This document shows positions 35,816-44,478 of a stretch of DNA of 62,829 nucleotides, piece after piece. The stretch spans positions 1 to 62,829 of the forward strand of contig JACRNE010000002.1 in the NCBI GenBank assembly GCA_016219345.1. The letters run 5' to 3'. Each line of letters begins with the position of its first letter. The first letter of the stretch is position 1. The translations under genes and the position numbers were made by a program. The notes under the pieces are model-generated. The model saw only the letters and a program-made list of their open reading frames with translations, made no database searches and was not told where the DNA came from. This DNA is from Candidatus Saccharimonadota bacterium. GTDB taxonomy: Bacteria; Patescibacteriota; Saccharimonadia; Saccharimonadales; 2-12-FULL-41-12.

Positions 35816-36652
35816 TTATTGTATCACTTTGGTGTGCGAACCTTGTTTGCCATCCCCGTCTAGAAGTTTTTTCCAGTTCTGGTAAGGCGAAGCAATGTAG
35901 ACATTCTTTGCACCTGCTTCTACCGCATCAAAACAGGCATCAACTTTCACCTTCATACCCCCACTTCCGCCTTTTCTCACGCCATTACAATCTGCATAAA
36001 CTTTCTCGCGGTCGCTAGCAGATATTTCAGGTTGTACTTGTTTATCCTTTTCAAATCCGCCCACTTCGGTAAAAATAGCCAAACTAACAGCAATATCCTT
36101 GTCATATCCTTCAGCTACTAACTCTTCGATTAATGCAATTGTGAGTTGTGCGGCGAGTGGATCATTGTCTATCCCGGGTTGCTTCTCACGGACTTCCATA
36201 CCTTCCTCTTCAAACAATTTAAGCTCGAATAGATTTTCCTGGTCATTCTCATTAATTGTGTAGACATTTTGCTCCGTGAAAATTCCGCGAATAATTCCCT
36301 GCATTAAGACAGAGCCTTTTTTCATTTGATTATGATTGGCCATTACTTGTCCGCTCCTAATACCGTGCTCCCTTAGAGCATTTTGAAAAGCAAGACTGAC
36401 AGCAGCAGAACCATACGAAGCTAATGCCTGGAGATCAGTTCCTTCATGATCTTCGCCAATCTCTTCTAGATATGCCCTGCCCGCACCCACGGCCCCTCCT
36501 ACAATAAGTAATGGATGGAATTCCTCTTCAACTTTAGCAACTTCGGCAGCATAGGCATTAACGGCTTCATGGCTTATGCCAACCTCATTCGAGTTTAAGA
36601 TAAGACCAGAACTAAGCTTTAAGACAGCTATGTCTTTTTCAAAATCTATCAC
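35816..36652 (-). CDS. amino-acid-kinase fold protein, glutamate 5-kinase (ProB)-like without PUA domain
   Basis: By-eye match to ProB blocks: IVGGAVGAGRAYL (cf. TSGAIAAGREHL), TINENDQ (cf. INENDAV), GIDNDPLAAQL (cf. GDNDNLSALAA), GSGGMKVKVDA (cf. GTGGMSTKLQAA). Confidence 0.5.
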   Translation of the reverse strand: MIDFEKDIAVLKLSSGLILNSNEVGISHEAVNAYAAEVAKVEEEFHPLLIVGGAVGAGRAYLEEIGEDHEGTDLQALASYGSAAVSLAFQNALREHGIRSGQVMANHNQMKKGSVLMQGIIRGIFTEQNVYTINENDQENLFELKLFEEEGMEVREKQPGIDNDPLAAQLTIALIEELVAEGYDKDIAVSLAIFTEVGGFEKDKQVQPEISASDREKVYADCNGVRKGGSGGMKVKVDACFDAVEAGAKNVYIASPYQNWKKLLDGDGKQGSHTKVIQ

Positions 36653-36703
36653 AATAATCCCAGATTAATACTTTACTTATAATAAATTAAAAGTTGTAAT
36701 TTG

Positions 36704-37831
36704 TCAAACTTTTAGAGATCGCCGACTGGACCTATCAATAGGCAGAAGTCTCGCTAGAACCTGCACAAAGCTCTCTCGTTTCCAATGTCTTGTGAAGATA
36801 ATTGAGGCACTTAAAGCAACGGCTAGGGCGAAGACAACAAAGTCACCAGCCGGTAGATCAGTTATATATTTCATGGAAGCCCCAACAAGAGCTGCACAAG
36901 GAAGAGTAAACAACCAGGCGATCAAAATACTCCTAACTATTTTCCAATTTATTTTTGAAGGCTTCCTGGCTATGCCTGAGCCAACTATTGAACTACTGAT
37001 GGTATGAGTTGTTGAAACAGGAAAGCCAAAATGCGCAGTGGTCCAAAGTATGCTCGCTGTCGCCGTTTCCGCAGCAAAGCCCTGCTTAGGCTTTAGGTCA
37101 ACTATGCGCTCGCCTAAAGTTTTGATTATTCTCCAGCCACCCACATAGGTACCCAGAGCCATAAATAGAGCCGAACTAAATATTACCCAAATTGGAACAT
37201 CAAACTCTCTACCCGGGTTCGCTGCTATTAATGCCAGCGCGATAATACCCATGGTTTTTTGAGCATCATTCGTGCCGTGGGTAAACGCTACAAAACTTGC
37301 AGAGGCTACCTGTAGTCTCCTGAATATACTTTCGGTTTTCTCTTCGTTTTTACCCCTAGTTAATCTGGAAATAAAAAGCATTATTAACAGGGCAATTAAT
37401 AGTCCCAAAAAAGGTGCTACAAGTGATGGAATTATGACTTTTTGCTGAAGTCCTTGCCATTTTATAGCCTCCATTCCAAAGCCAGCTATGGCCGCCCCTG
37501 CAACCCCTCCAATAAGTGCATGGGATGAGCTGGTGGGCATACCAATACGCCAGGTAAAGAGATTCCATATAATCGCGCCAACTATTCCAGCTAGTACGAC
37601 TTCAAGGGTAACGAACTGAGTAGCTACAACGCCTTTGGCGACTGTTGCAGCAACCTTTAGAGATACGAAAGCTCCTAAAAAATTTAAAATCGCCGCCCAA
37701 ATGACAGCGACTTTTGGTGGTAGTGCTTTAGTCGATACGCTGGTAGCAATTGCATTGGCAGTGTCATGGAAACCATTAGTAAAATCAAAAAACAGAGCCA
37801 ATACTACTATGATTATTAGGAGTTCTTCCAT
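36704..37831 (-). CDS. pit: inorganic phosphate transporter, PiT family
   Basis: FDFTNGFHDTANAIATSV and the duplicated motif FTHGTNDAQKTMGI; about 10 TM helices. Confidence 0.9.
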   Translation of the reverse strand: MEELLIIIVVLALFFDFTNGFHDTANAIATSVSTKALPPKVAVIWAAILNFLGAFVSLKVAATVAKGVVATQFVTLEVVLAGIVGAIIWNLFTWRIGMPTSSSHALIGGVAGAAIAGFGMEAIKWQGLQQKVIIPSLVAPFLGLLIALLIMLFISRLTRGKNEEKTESIFRRLQVASASFVAFTHGTNDAQKTMGIIALALIAANPGREFDVPIWVIFSSALFMALGTYVGGWRIIKTLGERIVDLKPKQGFAAETATASILWTTAHFGFPVSTTHTISSSIVGSGIARKPSKINWKIVRSILIAWLFTLPCAALVGASMKYITDLPAGDFVVFALAVALSASIIFTRHWKRESFVQVLARLLPIDRSSRRSLKV

Positions 37832-37911
37832 ATATATAGCCTGTTTATGTCTTCGCCCTCACGATACCACTCGGAAGATTAACACATAGAAATACTAATT
37901 GAAAGCGGAAA

Positions 37912-38703
37912 TTAAACGTTTATATTAAGTATGAAAATTGTAATAAATGCCAAAGAATTCTTTAGGCCATGGACGAATATACCTGCCCATAGATTGCCGG
38001 TTCTCTCACGCAACCAGATTAAAAACATAGACAGAATAAAAGTATCTATAGCTGCCACCCAAAGCGGACTTTCGCCGCTGCCTAGCTGCAAGTGTGCGAA
38101 CCCGAAAATCAAACTAGCTATTAACGCCGCTGATAATTTCCTGAATTTTTTTACTAAACCTCCGTACAAAAATCCTCGAACCATAACCTCTTCGACAAAA
38201 GCTGGCAAAACTACCAAGCTAATGAACACCATCGTTAGGGCTACGTAGCCAGTCGCGTTCTCAAAGCCAATTTGTTGTTCTTGATCTAGGTTAATCGACG
38301 GCAACGCAGCAGAAACCAAGGATAAAATACATATTAGAGTGATGAAATAGACTACGAAAACTGGTAGGGCCAAGAGTATGTTGTCAAATGAGGGTTTTTT
38401 TAGCGCCAGATCAGCAAAAGAGATGCTTCTCCTTTTCATAAATCCGTACAAAAACCAAAGGGATAAGATTGCAACTCCAAATACAAAAACAAATTGTGCT
38501 GTGGTAGATTTTTCGAATAATCTGGTGGTTTCGGCTTCGCTAAGACCTGCCAGACCTACGTATACACCAAATAACAAACCCATTACTATCTGTGATCCAA
38601 AATATATAAGGAGTGTAAATAATACAGCCGAAACAGGCCCCCAGCCCTTTATTTTTGGCTTTTCGGGACGATGGCTTAGTCTTTTAGAAAAATCTTTTAA
38701 CAT
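37912..38703 (-). CDS. CPBP (CAAX protease and bacteriocin-processing) family intramembrane metalloprotease
   Basis: Motifs EEVMVRGFLYG, FGFAHL, HGLKN in a multi-TM context. Confidence 0.85.
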   Translation of the reverse strand: MLKDFSKRLSHRPEKPKIKGWGPVSAVLFTLLIYFGSQIVMGLLFGVYVGLAGLSEAETTRLFEKSTTAQFVFVFGVAILSLWFLYGFMKRRSISFADLALKKPSFDNILLALPVFVVYFITLICILSLVSAALPSINLDQEQQIGFENATGYVALTMVFISLVVLPAFVEEVMVRGFLYGGLVKKFRKLSAALIASLIFGFAHLQLGSGESPLWVAAIDTFILSMFLIWLRERTGNLWAGIFVHGLKNSLAFITIFILNINV

Positions 38704-39805
38704 CTGCTATTGTTATTAGCACAAAAAGAATCATCAAAACTGCGAAGCCGGCGCCATGTATAAGCTCTTCTTTGGCCTTTGTGAGCTTTTGGCCAGCCGC
38801 CCTAAACGCTAACATCACAAAAAGTCTCCCGCCATCAAGCGCGGGTATAGGCAATATGTTCATTAAGGCCAATGTTAGGGATATTATGGCGATTATCATG
38901 ATAATAAAGCTAAGGCCTAGCTTCCCCCCTTCTTTAAAGATGTACACAACGCCAACGGGACCTGATACTTGCTCACTCGCAGTTTTGGTATCGCCCTTAA
39001 ATAAGCTGCTTACAGCTATACCTAAATGTTTAAAAGTCAGTTCGCTAAATTGTTTTATTAGACCTGCTGCTACAATCGGTGAAGACCAGGTTGAACGCAC
39101 CTGCTCTATACCACTTCTTCCAGAGGCACTGGCTACTCCTAGATATCCATCGCCCTTATTTTCTGTGTTAAGCGTAGCGCCAACCACCATCTGATTTCCG
39201 TTTCGTTCTATGATGATTGGAATGGTTTTGCCGGCATTTTGCTTCGTAGCCTCTGAGACTGCTTCAACACCAGTTATAGATTGATCATTGATTTTAATAA
39301 TCCTATCGTTCTCTTGCAATCCGGCTTTTTGAGCTGGTGAATTATCTACGATTTTTCCGACCAAGACTACATCTTTATCTTTAACCTCACGTACAACTTT
39401 TGCGTCGCTCGATACGCTGAATTGGTTTTCAACAATCTGTGGCATGCCAGTGGCCGCTAAGATAGTGAACAATATGAATGCAACCAAGGCATTCATGCCT
39501 ACGCCAGCTAATAATATCTTTACTTTTACGTTAAGTGGAGCCGCGCCAAAGCTACCAGGCCTTTCATCATCATCACTCTCGCCTTTTAACCTCACAAACC
39601 CGCCCAGTGGTAGTAAATTAACGCTAAAATCAAATTTGCTTTTCTCGGTTTTAACTTTTTTTGACCAAATTTTGGGCGGAAAGCCAACACCAAACTCTTC
39701 TACTTCAACTCCGCCACGCCTAGCTGCAACAAAGTGACCCCACTCGTGAACCACTACAAGACCAAGTAAAGATACAAGCCCAATGATTAATAAAACTACT
39801 GTCAT
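38684..39805 (-). CDS. rseP: RIP metalloprotease RseP (M50 site-2 protease) with PDZ domain
   Basis: HEWGHF zinc motif in TM1, central PDZ (SPAQKAGLQENDRIIKIND), C-terminal LDGG motif. Confidence 0.9.
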   Translation of the reverse strand: MTVVLLIIGLVSLLGLVVVHEWGHFVAARRGGVEVEEFGVGFPPKIWSKKVKTEKSKFDFSVNLLPLGGFVRLKGESDDDERPGSFGAAPLNVKVKILLAGVGMNALVAFILFTILAATGMPQIVENQFSVSSDAKVVREVKDKDVVLVGKIVDNSPAQKAGLQENDRIIKINDQSITGVEAVSEATKQNAGKTIPIIIERNGNQMVVGATLNTENKGDGYLGVASASGRSGIEQVRSTWSSPIVAAGLIKQFSELTFKHLGIAVSSLFKGDTKTASEQVSGPVGVVYIFKEGGKLGLSFIIMIIAIISLTLALMNILPIPALDGGRLFVMLAFRAAGQKLTKAKEELIHGAGFAVLMILFVLITIADVKRFF

Positions 39806-39849
39806 CAGATAGTAATTCTACCATAAGCAGCCGGTTAGAATTTATTAAT

Positions 39850-40416
39850 TTAGACTGTTAAGATTTCTTTTTCTTTGGCCTTTGCTATATTATCCACATC
39901 TGTTTTCGTTTTGCTCATTAGATCTTCAATCTGTTTATTAAGGCGCTTGTGTTCATCCTCGCCAATGTCTTTATCATTCTTGGCTTTATCAAGCTGTTTT
40001 AGACTATCATGACGTATATTTCTTGCCGAGATCATACAATCTTCTACCTTCTGATTAAGTTGCTTAGCTATGTCTCTGCGCCGCTCTTCGGTTAGTGGTG
40101 GGATGGGTATACGCACCACGTGTCCGTCATCCATTGGGTTTAGTCCTAGCGTTTGATTATCGCGTATGGCACTTGAGATTGCTTCGATATTATTAGGGTC
40201 GAATGGCGAAACCTGGAGCAATTGTGGCTCTGGTGTAGATATAGTAGCCAGCTGCTTAAGTGGCATCTGCTGTCCATAAGCCTCAGCCGTAACGTCATCA
40301 AGCATGCTTGGATGGGCCCTGCCTGTTCGTAGCTTCTTAAGTTCGTTCTCAAAATGTTCTACTGTATTTTTAAGTGACTCATCAGCTTTGCTGAGTATGT
40401 TGGTCGGGTCCATCAT
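39850..40416 (-). CDS. frr: ribosome recycling factor
   Basis: LRTGRAHPSMLDDV and overall RRF pattern; 188 aa. Confidence 0.95.
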   Translation of the reverse strand: MMDPTNILSKADESLKNTVEHFENELKKLRTGRAHPSMLDDVTAEAYGQQMPLKQLATISTPEPQLLQVSPFDPNNIEAISSAIRDNQTLGLNPMDDGHVVRIPIPPLTEERRRDIAKQLNQKVEDCMISARNIRHDSLKQLDKAKNDKDIGEDEHKRLNKQIEDLMSKTKTDVDNIAKAKEKEILTV

Positions 40417-40786
40417 CTTTTCCTCCGTTGACTCTAATATGATCTCTCAATGATACTACCACGCCATCTTCACTGCCAGATTGGATATTATTTTCACCAG
40501 TTGGGTCCAACTGCCATCTTATTGCTGTAAAAACTTCGATTGGTGGATATAAATCACGTTTTTTCGGCACCCACAAACCTTGCTTTTTCAGAACCGCAGC
40601 TACATTGGCTCTCGCGCTTGTCGCTTGGTCATAGTCTAGTTTGGCTCTGTCTGAACGGTAGTGCCCGCTTCTTGCTCTTTCTCTTGCTGCCATAGCAAAA
40701 GTATGTAGCTCAATGCATCTATCAATACGCTTAACTAGTTCAGCGTCACTTAAATTTTCTGGTTTTTTGCGAAAATGTTCAAACAC
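40382..40786 (-). CDS. hypothetical protein (overlaps the frr start by 35 nt)
   Basis: 134-aa ORF with normal-looking composition and no recognisable motif. Confidence 0.45.
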   Translation of the reverse strand: MFEHFRKKPENLSDAELVKRIDRCIELHTFAMAARERARSGHYRSDRAKLDYDQATSARANVAAVLKKQGLWVPKKRDLYPPIEVFTAIRWQLDPTGENNIQSGSEDGVVVSLRDHIRVNGGKDDGPDQHTQQS

Positions 40787-40862
40787 TATAAGTCATCATG
40801 CTCCTAACGTGTACGGAGCGCAAGTCTAATCATGTTTATCATAAACTTCACTACGTATAACT

Positions 40863-41546
40863 TTATCTGACTTCAATATACAAACCCCTCGGCTTGCAGC
40901 CATTTGGTATTGAACCATAATTGCCATAACGATCCTTAAAAATTAGACCAGGTCTTTCCCTGCCTTTCGGATCTCGATCACCATATATTCTGCTTAATGG
41001 CGCTACCCTATCTCTTAAGGATAGCCCTGTTTTTAATCTAACCATGAATTCACAAGGATCATTTTCTATATAGGCATCGATGACGTCCATTGCCCTATCA
41101 AATAGAACTATTTTTTCAGCAATTTTGCCTATCTTCATAGCTCGATGAAGTTCATGTGCCCAAGCACTACTTTGACCAAACCGTTCAGCTTCTGCCATCC
41201 AATATTGTAAAGTATTGATTGGTTCTACATTTGTCTCAGGAACCTCTTTTTCACCCGACATCAAACGCTCAAATAAAGAAAGCTTGTACAGGGTATCATG
41301 AGTAGACCTGCCCTCTACAACGGAGCTTAACATCATTCGACCGTGAGTTAACTCGTGATCTACCGAAAGATCAAAACCTCCAGCATGTCCCCATCGGTTT
41401 ACTTCCGTCCAATTGCGATTATTAGCGTGTATAACTTCTAAACCATTTTCAAGATTCGCGCAACCTTCAATTCGCCAAAGATCCCTAAATCTAAGAGGAT
41501 CAGTTTGTGTGCCAATTTCACCTTGACTTTCTATTCGCGAGACCAT
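40863..41546 (-). CDS. hypothetical protein with an HExxH motif (possible zincin-like metallopeptidase)
   Basis: 227 aa; SVDHELTHGR (His64-Glu65-x-x-His68); no signal peptide. Confidence 0.5.
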   Translation of the reverse strand: MVSRIESQGEIGTQTDPLRFRDLWRIEGCANLENGLEVIHANNRNWTEVNRWGHAGGFDLSVDHELTHGRMMLSSVVEGRSTHDTLYKLSLFERLMSGEKEVPETNVEPINTLQYWMAEAERFGQSSAWAHELHRAMKIGKIAEKIVLFDRAMDVIDAYIENDPCEFMVRLKTGLSLRDRVAPLSRIYGDRDPKGRERPGLIFKDRYGNYGSIPNGCKPRGLYIEVR

Positions 41547-41562
41547 GGGTTACCTGAAATTT

Positions 41563-42153
41563 CTAAGCAACTTCGCCTAGTGCAATACGACTGAAACGCC
41601 TGACGATTATATTTTCGCCTAGCTTGGCATTGCCTTCTTTTACAAAGTCGTCAACTGTTTGATCGGGGTTTTTTACAAAAGGTTGGTCAAGCAAACATCT
41701 TTCTGCAAAATATTTTTTAACCTGGCCTTCTACAATTTTAGCCAGCATTTCTTTTGGCTTGCCCTCAGCAGCAGCTTTTTCACTAAATTCTTTTTCTACC
41801 TTTTTTAGATCAGCTTCAGGAATTTCATCAGCTGAAACATAAACAGGGTTAGAGGCTGCGATGTGCATAGCGATATCTTTTACTAAATCTGTGAAAATAT
41901 CGTTTCTGGCAACAAAATCTGTTTCACAATTTACTTCTACTAGAACTCCGATTCGGCCGTCATGGTTATATGTGCCAATCACGCCAGCGCGAGCCTCGCG
42001 CTCACCACGCTTTTCAGCCTTAGTTAAGCCTTTTTTACGCATAGCTTCTAGAGCTTTATCGAAATCCCCATTGGCGTCCGTCAAAGCCTGTTTGGCATCT
42101 GTTATACCTACACCCGTGAGCTCACGCAGTCTTTTAATTGCTTCAATGTCCAT
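41563..42153 (-). CDS. tsf: translation elongation factor Ts (short, 196 aa)
   Basis: UBA-like N-terminus IKRLRELTGVGITDAKQALTDANGDFDKALEAMRKKG; EVNCETDFVARN. Confidence 0.9.
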   Translation of the reverse strand: MDIEAIKRLRELTGVGITDAKQALTDANGDFDKALEAMRKKGLTKAEKRGEREARAGVIGTYNHDGRIGVLVEVNCETDFVARNDIFTDLVKDIAMHIAASNPVYVSADEIPEADLKKVEKEFSEKAAAEGKPKEMLAKIVEGQVKKYFAERCLLDQPFVKNPDQTVDDFVKEGNAKLGENIIVRRFSRIALGEVA

Positions 42154-42876
42154 CTACTTTGCCTCCGCTTCTGTTTTATCGGTTGGTTTTATCGATTTTT
42201 TTCCGTCATTGATTGCTTCAACCACATAGTCCACTATCAGCTGCAGGGCCTTTATGGCGTCATCATTAGCTGGAATTGGATAATCAACCAGACTAGGATC
42301 GGCATTGCTATCGACAATAGCTACAATCGGAATCCCTAATTTTCTAGCTTCTTTAATAGCGTTCAGCTCATCATTAACATCGACTACAAAAACCAACCCC
42401 GGGCGATTCGCCATGTGCTTAATACCGCCATACTGAAAGTTCATCCCATCGATTTCTTCTTGGAAACGCTGCACCTCTAGCTTGTTGTACTTAGCATCAA
42501 GTGCCCCAGAATCCATTTTTTGTTCAAGTTCTTTTAGGTGTTTGATGCGGTTGTTCATGGTTGTTGAATTCGTAAGCATTCCACCAACCCAACGCTCAGC
42601 AACATACGGCATATCTGTATCAGCCGCTGCTTTCTTGATCATTTCTTTAGCTTGACGCTTTGTGCCAACCAAAAGTACCTGCTTACCTGCAGATGAAGTT
42701 TTTTCGACAAACTTTAATGCTTCTTCTAGTTTTTCTGCTGTTTTTGTTAAGTCGATTATGTGGCTACCATTTCGTTTACTGTGAATGTATGGAGCCATTT
42801 TTGGGTGCCACCTACTAGTCTTATGACCAAAGTGCGCGCCCGATTCTAATAGTTTTTTAACATCTACTGATGCCAT
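42154..42876 (-). CDS. rpsB: 30S ribosomal protein S2
   Basis: LLESGAHFGHKTSRWHPKM; SD AAAGGAA lies 8 nt before the ATG. Confidence 0.97.
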   Translation of the reverse strand: MASVDVKKLLESGAHFGHKTSRWHPKMAPYIHSKRNGSHIIDLTKTAEKLEEALKFVEKTSSAGKQVLLVGTKRQAKEMIKKAAADTDMPYVAERWVGGMLTNSTTMNNRIKHLKELEQKMDSGALDAKYNKLEVQRFQEEIDGMNFQYGGIKHMANRPGLVFVVDVNDELNAIKEARKLGIPIVAIVDSNADPSLVDYPIPANDDAIKALQLIVDYVVEAINDGKKSIKPTDKTEAEAK

Positions 42877-42991
42877 ATGGATAGTTCCTTTCTCTTCGCT
42901 CGAGGTACCCGAGTGGTTGCCAAGCGGCTCTCCACTAGGAGGAATTAATCCTCGGCTGCTTAATTTATGTCCTCAAAGTCTACCACATCTG

Positions 42992-43020
42992 TTGACCAAA
43001 GTCCAGATCTGGGTTACAAT
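42992..43020 (+). promoter_or_regulatory. sigma70-type promoter placed for a (near-)leaderless rpmE2 mRNA
   Basis: TTGACC (42992-42997), 17 nt, TACAAT (43015-43020), then 9 nt before ATG 43030; no SD. Confidence 0.55.
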
Positions 43021-43029
43021 CGTGTTCTG

Positions 43030-43356
43030 ATGAAAAAAGGAATACACGCCAAGAACTATCGTCCTGTGGTTTTCAAAGATCTTTCAAACGGAAAGACTTT
43101 TTTGACACGCTCAACTGCAGAAACGGATGAAACCATAAAGCTTGATGGTACTGAGTATCCTCTAGTGACTACGCATATTAGCAGCGCATCTCATCCATTC
43201 TTTACAGGCCAGGAAAAGCTTCTTGATATTGAAGGACGTGTTGATAAATTCAAAGCTCGCGCTAAAGCTGCCCAAGAAGCTCGCGAAAAGTCAGCTCAAA
43301 AATCGAAGAAAACGAAAGCCGAAAAGCCCAAAGACGCTCCACAAAAAATCGGTTAG
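43030..43356 (+). CDS. rpmE2: 50S ribosomal protein L31, type B (no CxxC), with a Lys/Ala/Glu-rich C-terminal extension
   Basis: MKKGIHAKNYRPVVFKD...SSASHPFFTG. Start moved to Met22 of the track ORF because of the promoter position and the family N-terminus. Confidence 0.85.
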   Translation: MKKGIHAKNYRPVVFKDLSNGKTFLTRSTAETDETIKLDGTEYPLVTTHISSASHPFFTGQEKLLDIEGRVDKFKARAKAAQEAREKSAQKSKKTKAEKPKDAPQKIG

Positions 43357-43368
43357 CTAAATCCAAAT

Positions 43369-43400
43369 AACTCTCGGTTAGCTTATAATCGAGAGTTTTT
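43369..43400 (+). terminator. rho-independent terminator after rpmE2
   Basis: AACTCTCG ... CGAGAGTT stem (8 bp plus inner TTA/TAA pairs) followed by TTTTTGTTATT. Confidence 0.65.
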
Positions 43401-43416
43401 GTTATTCTTAGTAGAG

Positions 43417-44478
43417 ATGGAAGAGAAAGAAAAATCACTTAGACAAGAGTTTGGCCGGGTTGAGTCCGAACTTCAAAACCCGGATGTGTTCGGGCGTAGT
43501 GATTATCCTAAGCTAGCAAAGCGTCAGGGTGAATTAGCTAAAGCTATTGCTCTTTTTGATGATAAAAAACTCTTCTCAAAACAGCTTGAGGAAGCAAAAA
43601 CTATTGCAGATGGTAGTGACGGCGAAATGGCCGAAATGGCAAAAGATGAGATATCTGAGTTAGAGAAAAAATTAGCTGAAGTTGATAAATTATTAGAGAT
43701 AGAATTAATCCCAAAAGACCCTAATGATGACCGTGATGTAATTATAGAAATCCGTGCCGCTGCCGGTGGCGATGAAGCAAGTTTATTCGCTGGAGATTTA
43801 TATAAGATGTATGTTCGCTGGGCTGAAGACCATGGCTTTAAAACAGAACACATCAGTGATAGTGCAAACGATGCAGGAGGCTTTAAGGAAGTAACTTTTT
43901 CTATTCGTGGTGATGCGCCATATAAATTTTTAAAGTTTGAGGCTGGCGTACATCGTGTCCAGCGAGTCCCAGTAACGGAATCTCAAGGGCGTGTTCATAC
44001 CAGCACGGCCACGGTCGCGGTCTTACCAGAAGCAGAAGAAACAGATATAGAGATAAAACCAGCAGATCTTCGAATAGACATATTCCGAGCCAGCGGGCAC
44101 GGTGGTCAATCCGTTAACACGACAGATTCGGCGGTTAGAATCACCCATTTACCTACTGGGTTAGTAGTGACTAACCAGGATGAAAAATCTCAGATCAAAA
44201 ATAAAGAAAAAGCGATGAGCGTTCTGCGCTCCAGGCTTCTTCAGGCAAAAATAGATGAGGAGCACAAAGAAATGTCTGATGCTCGTAAAAAACTGATTGG
44301 CTCAGGTGATCGCAGCGAGAAAATCCGTACATACAACTTCCCGCAAGATCGCATAACAGACCATCGAATTGGTTATTCCCGCTCCAACATCCCAGCAGCA
44401 CTAGCTGGCGATATAGACGACCTTATAGAAAACCTCCAAACCGCGGAACATAGCCTGCTCAAAAATGACAATTCTTGA
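43417..44478 (+). CDS. prfA: peptide chain release factor 1
   Basis: PVT tripeptide ([14 protein letters not shown]) and GGQ ([23 protein letters not shown]). ATG 43417 is preferred over the TTG at 43399, which lies inside the terminator. Confidence 0.93.
   Translation: MEEKEKSLRQEFGRVESELQNPDVFGRSDYPKLAKRQGELAKAIALFDDKKLFSKQLEEAKTIADGSDGEMAEMAKDEISELEKKLAEVDKLLEIELIPKDPNDDRDVIIEIRAAAGGDEASLFAGDLYKMYVRWAEDHGFKTEHISDSANDAGGFKEVTFSIRGDAPYKFLKFEAGVHRVQRVPVTESQGRVHTSTATVAVLPEAEETDIEIKPADLRIDIFRASGHGGQSVNTTDSAVRITHLPTGLVVTNQDEKSQIKNKEKAMSVLRSRLLQAKIDEEHKEMSDARKKLIGSGDRSEKIRTYNFPQDRITDHRIGYSRSNIPAALAGDIDDLIENLQTAEHSLLKNDNS

Noticed and set aside
35816-36652. Interpretation of the amino-acid-kinase fold protein as the missing UMP kinase (pyrH).
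   Set aside because: Block-by-block comparison from memory fits glutamate 5-kinase (SGAxAAGR, INEND, GDNDxLSA, GTGGMxTK) better than UMP kinase (GGGNxxRG). I keep it only as an open question.
39890-39898. Perfect DnaA-box consensus TTATCCACA.
   Set aside because: It is a single copy inside the frr coding sequence. There is no cluster, AT-rich unwinding element or dnaA nearby, so it is most likely a chance occurrence.
42899-42913. CTCGAGGTACCCGAG, an XhoI plus KpnI site-containing near-palindrome that looks like polylinker or vector sequence.
   Set aside because: It sits in the native-looking rpsB 5' leader between a good SD and divergent promoter elements. The flanks are continuous genomic sequence. 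It is more likely a small leader hairpin than a cloning artefact. I cannot show it is an S2 autoregulatory structure.
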